A stretch of DNA of 64,000 nt. It comes from Dehalococcoidia bacterium. Its GTDB lineage: Bacteria; Chloroflexota; Dehalococcoidia; DSTF01; JACRBR01. Shown here piece after piece: positions 58,770-64,000 of this stretch. The notes below the pieces were generated by a model. It made no database searches and was not told where the DNA came from. It was given only the letters and a program-made list of their open reading frames with translations. The DNA lies in assembly GCA_015478665.1 (NCBI GenBank), contig JADMII010000001.1:183537-247536 (forward strand), given 5' to 3'. Positions within the stretch are counted from its first letter, which is position 1. Each line of letters starts with the position of its first letter. Made by a program: the position numbers and the translations under genes.

Positions 58770-60239
58770 TCAGCCCAGCTTCCCCGTCGCCGCCTCGATG
58801 CGGACCAGACAGCGTTCGCGGCCGAGGATCTCCATGCTCTCGAAGAGCGGCGGCGTCACGCGGCGGCCGGTGACCGCCACGCGGACGAGCGAGAAGAGGT
58901 CGCCCGCCTTCATCCCGTCGTCCGCCGCCTGGAGGCGGAGCGCTGCCTCGATCGCGTCGTCGGTCCAGCCCGGCAGCGCCGCCAGCACCTCGACCGCGCG
59001 CCGGAGCGCCGCTGCGGCTTCGGCGGCCTTCGAGGCGAACGCCTTGCCCGGCAGATCGTCTGCCGGGTACTCGAGCGCATCGAGGAAGAAGAAGTCGCTG
59101 TAGTCGACGACCTCCGTCAAGAGCTTCACGCGCTCGCGGATCAACGGCGCGATGCGCGCGACGAGCCCGCGGTCGACCGGGCGCGGCACGGACGGCGGCA
59201 GGCCGCGGTCGAGCCACGCGGCGAAGGTCTCGACGAGCTCCGGCTCGGGCATGTCGCGGACGTAGACCCCATTCATCCATGTCAGCTTGTCGATGTTGAA
59301 CATGGCGGGATTCCGGACCACGCGGTCGAGCGTGAAGCTCGCGACGAACTGCTCGCGCGAGATGATCTCCGTCTTGTCGTCGAGTGACCAGCCGACGAGG
59401 CCGAGGAAGTTGAACATCGCATCGGGCAGGTAGCCCTGATCGCGATACTCGAATACGCTCGTCGCGCCATGGCGCTTGCTGAGCTTGGCGCCGTCCGGGC
59501 CGAGGATGCGCGGCAGATGCGCGATCACCGGCACGGCGACATCGAGCGCGCGGTAGACGAGCAGGTGGCGCGGCACCGACGGGATCCACTCGTCGCCTCG
59601 CAGCACATGGCTGATGCGCATGGCATCGTCATCGACGATGTAGGCGAGAGCGTACACCGGAAAGCCATCGGACTTGAGCAGGATAAAGTCGTCGATCGTC
59701 GAGAGGTCGAACGTCAGCGGGCCGTGGATCGCGTCGTCGAGCGAGACGCGGCCTTCCAGCGGCGTACGGAATCGGACGACGCAGCCGCGGCCCTCGGCCG
59801 TGGCCTCTCGGCGCGCCTCGGCACGCCCGGCGTCTTCGCGGCAGCGCCGGTCGTAGCGCGGCGGCTGCTTCAGCCGCGCCTGCTCGGCGCGCATCGCGTC
59901 GAGACGCTCGGACGAGCACCAGCACTCGTAGGCATCGCCTTGCCCGAGCAGGCGGTCGGCGGCGGCGCGATACATCGGCAGGCGCTCGGACTGCGTATAG
60001 GGGCCGTAGGGGCCACCGCGGTCGAGGCCTTCATCCCAGTCGAGCCCGAGCCAGCGCAGGCTCTCGGCGATGCCATCGACGGACTCCGGGATGAAGCGCG
60101 CGCGGTCGGTGTCTTCGAGCCGGACGATGAATTGACCGCCGAAGTGGCGCGCCAGAAGCCAGTCGAAGAGCGCCGTGCGGATGTTGCCGACGTGCGGGAC
60201 GCCCGTCGGGCTGGGCGCATAGCGGGTGCGGACGTCCAT
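58770..60239 (-). CDS. gltX: Glutamate--tRNA ligase
   Basis: RYAPSPTG.PHVGN, RLEDTD, PYTQSER, SHVLRGDEW, KLSKR; TACACT-6nt-ATG. Confidence 0.97.
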   Translation of the reverse strand: MDVRTRYAPSPTGVPHVGNIRTALFDWLLARHFGGQFIVRLEDTDRARFIPESVDGIAESLRWLGLDWDEGLDRGGPYGPYTQSERLPMYRAAADRLLGQGDAYECWCSSERLDAMRAEQARLKQPPRYDRRCREDAGRAEARREATAEGRGCVVRFRTPLEGRVSLDDAIHGPLTFDLSTIDDFILLKSDGFPVYALAYIVDDDAMRISHVLRGDEWIPSVPRHLLVYRALDVAVPVIAHLPRILGPDGAKLSKRHGATSVFEYRDQGYLPDAMFNFLGLVGWSLDDKTEIISREQFVASFTLDRVVRNPAMFNIDKLTWMNGVYVRDMPEPELVETFAAWLDRGLPPSVPRPVDRGLVARIAPLIRERVKLLTEVVDYSDFFFLDALEYPADDLPGKAFASKAAEAAAALRRAVEVLAALPGWTDDAIEAALRLQAADDGMKAGDLFSLVRVAVTGRRVTPPLFESMEILGRERCLVRIEAATGKLG

Positions 60240-60297
60240 AGAGCGAGTGTATCCGGACGATGCAGCGCGAAGTAGCGATACCGAGGCTCGCGCACGT

Positions 60298-60332
60298 GTG
60301 ATGGGTGATGGGATGTTGGATGTTGGATATTG
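60298..60332 (+). repeat. Heptamer tandem array (gtgatgg x2, gatgttg x2, gatattg)
   Basis: Seen directly upstream of gltX promoter. Confidence 0.65.
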
Positions 60333-60402
60333 GGCGGGCGGCTCGGGCTGCGGCGTTTTGCGCTGCTTCGTCGGGAACCGGGGATGGTTGTGGTGCCTGC
60401 GG

Positions 60403-60440
60403 CCCTGGCCTCCGTCCCTCTTCCACAGGGGAGAGGGGAG
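60403..60440. repeat. REP-like hairpin CCCT..CCCTCTTCC-ACA-GGGGAGAGGG
   Basis: Pyrimidine/purine hairpin resembling the common CCCTCTCCC..GGGAGAGGG extragenic repeat. Confidence 0.45.
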
Positions 60441-60536
60441 CGACTCCGGGGCGCACGGTCATGCCGGTCCTTCCACGACCGATGTCGAAGCGACGGCGGG
60501 CGGCATGCCGACGGAACGCGACGGCGCGCCAGCCTC

Positions 60537-61577
60537 TCACAGCGCGTGACGTTGGCGGACTTCTTCGATGAGCGGGCCGAGTTCGCTCGCGGCGAGCGCG
60601 TGCGCGGGGAGGCCGAGGGGGTCCGGGCTGGGCGTGTCGCGGAGGAGGAGCTCGAGCGTACGGCGTACGCACCAGGGCAGCGCAACGAGGTCGTAACCGC
60701 CTTCGAGGGCGAGCAGGAGGCGACCGTCGCAGAGGCGGTTCGCCGCTTCGATCAGCCGTGCAACGAGCGCGCCGTAGCCGTCGACGCTCAGGCGCTCGTC
60801 GGCCAGCTCATCGGCGAAGTGCGCATCGAAGCCGGCGGAGACGAGCATGAGTCCGGGCTGGAAGCGGTCGAGCGCGGGCGCGACGATCTCATCGAAGACG
60901 CGCGCGTACGCGTCATCACCGCAGCCGGCCGGCAGCGGGATGTTGATGGTGGCGCCGCGCCCCGCGCCGGCACCCGTCTCCGTCGCCGCGCCCGATCCGG
61001 GGTAGTACGGGTACTGATGCGTCGAGATGTAGAGCACGGACGGATCGGCGTAGAAGGCGCCCTGGGTGCCGTTGCCGTGGTGGACGTCGAAGTCGACGAC
61101 GGCGACGCGCTCGACGCCGTGACGGCGGCGGGCGGCAGCGGCGGCGATGGCGATGTGGTTGAACAGGCAGAACCCCATGGCCTGGATGGGCGTCGCGTGG
61201 TGGCCGGGCGGCCGCACGAGGCAGAACGCCGTCTCGGCGTCTCCCTTGAGAACGGCCGCGAGCGCCTCCAGCGTGCCGCCGACCGCGTGCGCGGCGACAT
61301 CGTACGAGCGCGAGGTGATGCGCGTGTCCGGGTCCGCCCAGCCGCCGCCGGCCGCCGCCGCGCGCGCCAGCGCTGCGACGTAGCGGGCGTCGTGCACGAG
61401 CGCGAGCTCGTCGGACGTGGCGGCGCGCGCGTCGATGCGACGCAGGCGGCCGAGGATGCCGCTCGCCGCGAGGAGGTCGGTCGTCGCGGTCATGCGGCGG
61501 GCGTTCTCGGGATGGGAGCCGGTGTCGTGTTCGAGGAAGATGCGGTCGGTGAGGAAGGCGACGGGCGCACGCTTCAC
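60537..61577 (-). CDS. Histone deacetylase-family (Zn-dependent) deacetylase
   Basis: HPE, RPPGHHA, GFCLFN, DFDVHHGNGTQ, SAGFDAH, LEGGY; TACAAT-6nt-GTG. Confidence 0.95.
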   Translation of the reverse strand: MKRAPVAFLTDRIFLEHDTGSHPENARRMTATTDLLAASGILGRLRRIDARAATSDELALVHDARYVAALARAAAAGGGWADPDTRITSRSYDVAAHAVGGTLEALAAVLKGDAETAFCLVRPPGHHATPIQAMGFCLFNHIAIAAAAARRRHGVERVAVVDFDVHHGNGTQGAFYADPSVLYISTHQYPYYPGSGAATETGAGAGRGATINIPLPAGCGDDAYARVFDEIVAPALDRFQPGLMLVSAGFDAHFADELADERLSVDGYGALVARLIEAANRLCDGRLLLALEGGYDLVALPWCVRRTLELLLRDTPSPDPLGLPAHALAASELGPLIEEVRQRHAL

Positions 61578-61938
61578 GGTCGAATTGTAGCGTGACGGGC
61601 CTCGGTGAGATGTCGCCGCTGCGCGGTGGCGGTCGGGTCTCGATGGGCACGGGAGGCACCGCAATTCGCGCGCCGATCGATGCGCGAGTGAGGTCGGGTC
61701 AACGAAGGGGCCAGCCCGACTCGACGGAGGCCGGTGCCCGTCGCGTGTTCTCCTCCCCGGATCTCCACACCGCGGCGGAGAGGAGCGCCGACGGCCGCTG
61801 CGCGCCAACGATCTGGCGTGCATGAGTGTGGCGGCGGTACACGCCCGCCCTGCCAATCACGTCCTGCGCCGTACGTCGCGCTGCGCATGGCCGGTCACAG
61901 GCGCGCGCGATGACGGCGGAGCAACGACGTCCCGCGGG

Positions 61939-63036
61939 CTAATTCTTCGGCGGTTCGAGGACGGCCTGGAGGCTGGCCGGCAGGCGGTAGCGCCGCTCGC
62001 CGATGCCGGCGACCTCGAGGCGGTGCATGTATTCGTTGAGCTGGCGCCGGAACGCGGCGAGCGCGAGCTTGCCGCCCTCCTCCTGATCGCCGAGCGAATG
62101 CCCGAAGAGGATGCCCAGCGACGTGCCGAAGATCGGCGAGCCTCCGGCGACGGGCGCCGTGCCGTTCGCGCCGCCACCGACGATCACCGGCTCCGCCTTC
62201 TCGAGATAGCTGTGGATCTCTTCGCGGCGCTCCGGCTCCGTCTCGAGGATGTACTTGAGGTGCATGACGCCGAACGCGACGTGGCGCGACTCATCCTGCG
62301 CTGACAGCCGGAAGATGCGCTTCTCCGCCTCGTTCGTCGCGATGTACTCGCCCATCCGGAAGATCGACTGCACGAGCCCTTCGCCCTGCACGTGCATGAT
62401 CGTCGACATCTCGGTGAAGTCCTTGGCCTCGATGATCACGCGCAGGCCGGCGTTGCCGCTGGACTGCATGAGGCCGCCGCCGTTGGCGAGCGCGCGCTTG
62501 CGGAAGACGTCGAGGTGGCGCGCCTCGTCCATGATCTGCGAAGCGAGGAACATCTTCACTTCGTAGTGCTCGTTGCTGATCGAAGGCAGCCACTGGCTCG
62601 GCGTGTCGCCGGCGATGAACTCGACTTCGGTGAGGAAGGTGCAGAACTGGCTGTAGGCGCGCTCGACGTCATCGGGCAGCGGCTTCAGCTCCTCCCACGG
62701 GATGTCGGTCGCCGATGACCACTGGCGCTGCACCGCCTCTTCGTAGAGCATGGCGGCGTTGTCGGACCAGATGTCGGACTTCTTGCGCACGTGGTAGCCG
62801 ACGCGCGGCACGCCGTCGCGGCGAGCGGCGCCGCGCAGCCCCATCGTCATGTCGTCGGAGGTCGCGGGCGCATTGCCGTACGAGGCCTTGTTGATCTCCT
62901 CGAGCGTCAGGCCGCGGCGGCCGGGGTGGGCGGACATGCCGCGTTCGCCGGTCTGGTCCATCCAGCTGAGATCCAGCCCTTCGCTGATGTCAGGCTCTCC
63001 CTGCAGCATCTCGATCGTCTTCTGGTCGACGGCCAT
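61939..63036 (-). CDS. Ferritin-like diiron-carboxylate protein of unknown function
   Basis: QWSSATDIPW, TEVE, DEARH, QGEG, DESRH ligand set; SD GAAAGGA. Confidence 0.8.
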   Translation of the reverse strand: MAVDQKTIEMLQGEPDISEGLDLSWMDQTGERGMSAHPGRRGLTLEEINKASYGNAPATSDDMTMGLRGAARRDGVPRVGYHVRKKSDIWSDNAAMLYEEAVQRQWSSATDIPWEELKPLPDDVERAYSQFCTFLTEVEFIAGDTPSQWLPSISNEHYEVKMFLASQIMDEARHLDVFRKRALANGGGLMQSSGNAGLRVIIEAKDFTEMSTIMHVQGEGLVQSIFRMGEYIATNEAEKRIFRLSAQDESRHVAFGVMHLKYILETEPERREEIHSYLEKAEPVIVGGGANGTAPVAGGSPIFGTSLGILFGHSLGDQEEGGKLALAAFRRQLNEYMHRLEVAGIGERRYRLPASLQAVLEPPKN

Positions 63037-63191
63037 GGCGGTGTCCTTTCGGTCGCAGCGGCGACTCCGGTAACTTAGCGTGCGCTCAATCATAGGTTCG
63101 GCGGCCGACCGCCGTCAACTCGTCGCCGGCGGTGATGTGGGTGCGGGCGCCGCCGGCGCGGTCGGGCGGAGTAACGCGGTCCTCCGTGGCG

Positions 63192-63656
63192 CTATCGCGG
63201 GGCGCCGTCACTGGTCATCGCCAGGATCCGTTCCATCGCCGCATCCTGCGCCGCGAGGTGCGCCTGAATCTGGCGCGCCTCTTCGAGGACGGCCTCTGCG
63301 TCGTTGAACGTGGCCTGGGCGCGCGAGTCCGCGGCCGCCGCCTGCACGTTCTGGCCGACGATGATGATCGGCAGCAGCACCAGCTGCAGGAACGTCTGCG
63401 CGATCCACGCGACGATGATCAGGGAGTTGCCGCTGCGAAGTGCCGACGGCGCGCTGACAAGCGCCAGCAGCGCGAAGAGGTATGCGCACCACATCGTGCC
63501 GACGATCAGCGTGATCTTCAGCCCGAGCTTCGCGTTGATGCGGCCGATCAGGCCCGGGCCGTGGATGTGCGCTGCCGCGGCGGCAACGGTCGGTGGACCG
63601 GCGGCACGGCGGCGCTCCAGGTGCGGATGCGGGACGTACTCGAACAACCTTGTCAT
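63192..63656 (-). CDS. DUF1003-like membrane protein
   Basis: ITLIVGTMWCAYLF, WIAQTFLQLVLLPIIIVGQN; TATCCT-8nt-ATG. Confidence 0.75.
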   Translation of the reverse strand: MTRLFEYVPHPHLERRRAAGPPTVAAAAAHIHGPGLIGRINAKLGLKITLIVGTMWCAYLFALLALVSAPSALRSGNSLIIVAWIAQTFLQLVLLPIIIVGQNVQAAAADSRAQATFNDAEAVLEEARQIQAHLAAQDAAMERILAMTSDGAPR

Positions 63657-64000
63657 CGAGGCGCAGGATACCAGAACCGGCGCGTTCGCCACCGCTGTTC
63701 ATTGCAGTTCTCCCATGGCCGAATGACGCGTCCGGCGGGCGCCGTGCCGGCTCGCCGCCTGCGCCGCCATCGTGCTCCCGCCAGAAGCGCGATGCCCGCG
63801 ATCCGTGGCAATCGGCCCGCGCGATCTGCGCGCGCGCGACGCGACGTCACATGGCCCACGGGCTCGCCCACGGCGACGCTCCAATCGCGCCTGGCGGTTC
63901 GCGCCGCAGCGTACGGAAGGAGGCCGCCGGCTCGGCGGCGGCGCAGGATGGGTGGTCGCCGGCGCGGCAGCTGGCGCCCGAAACTCGGGATCATCGCGCT

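Overview
High-GC bacterial chromosome segment. Gene content (F420-type LLM oxidoreductases, archaeal-type apgM, MshA-like glycosyltransferase, YabN-type MazG, likely non-discriminating AspRS) suggests Chloroflexota, probably Dehalococcoidia-like; this is inference, not a database result. Positions 1-9611 are the right end of a lower-GC genomic island integrated in tRNA-Asn(GTT). It carries an XRE-HTH/IrrE-ImmA metallopeptidase pair, a complete type I R-M system (hsdM-hsdS-hsdR), an HNH nuclease with a nested small basic protein, tandem arm-type repeats and the displaced tRNA 3' fragment. The rest is host backbone: tRNA/translation genes (serS, tsaE, rsfS, mnmA, miaA, aspS, selA, gltX, tRNA-Gln, tRNA-Glu), central metabolism (folE, thiL, apgM, tpiA, pckA, hemW) and many catabolic or orphan enzymes. 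No CRISPR, rRNA or integrase was seen. The best leads are the folE-GNAT-mshA-like operon, the protease-regulated defence island, an orphan structured ~285-nt spacer between two divergent leaderless promoters, pervasive leaderless genes plus three likely non-canonical start codons, a split nfeD/stomatin pair, a tandem-DinB + GRAM/PH pair and an orphan diiron ferritin-like enzyme. None is a proven new system; all functional hypotheses are labelled as inference.
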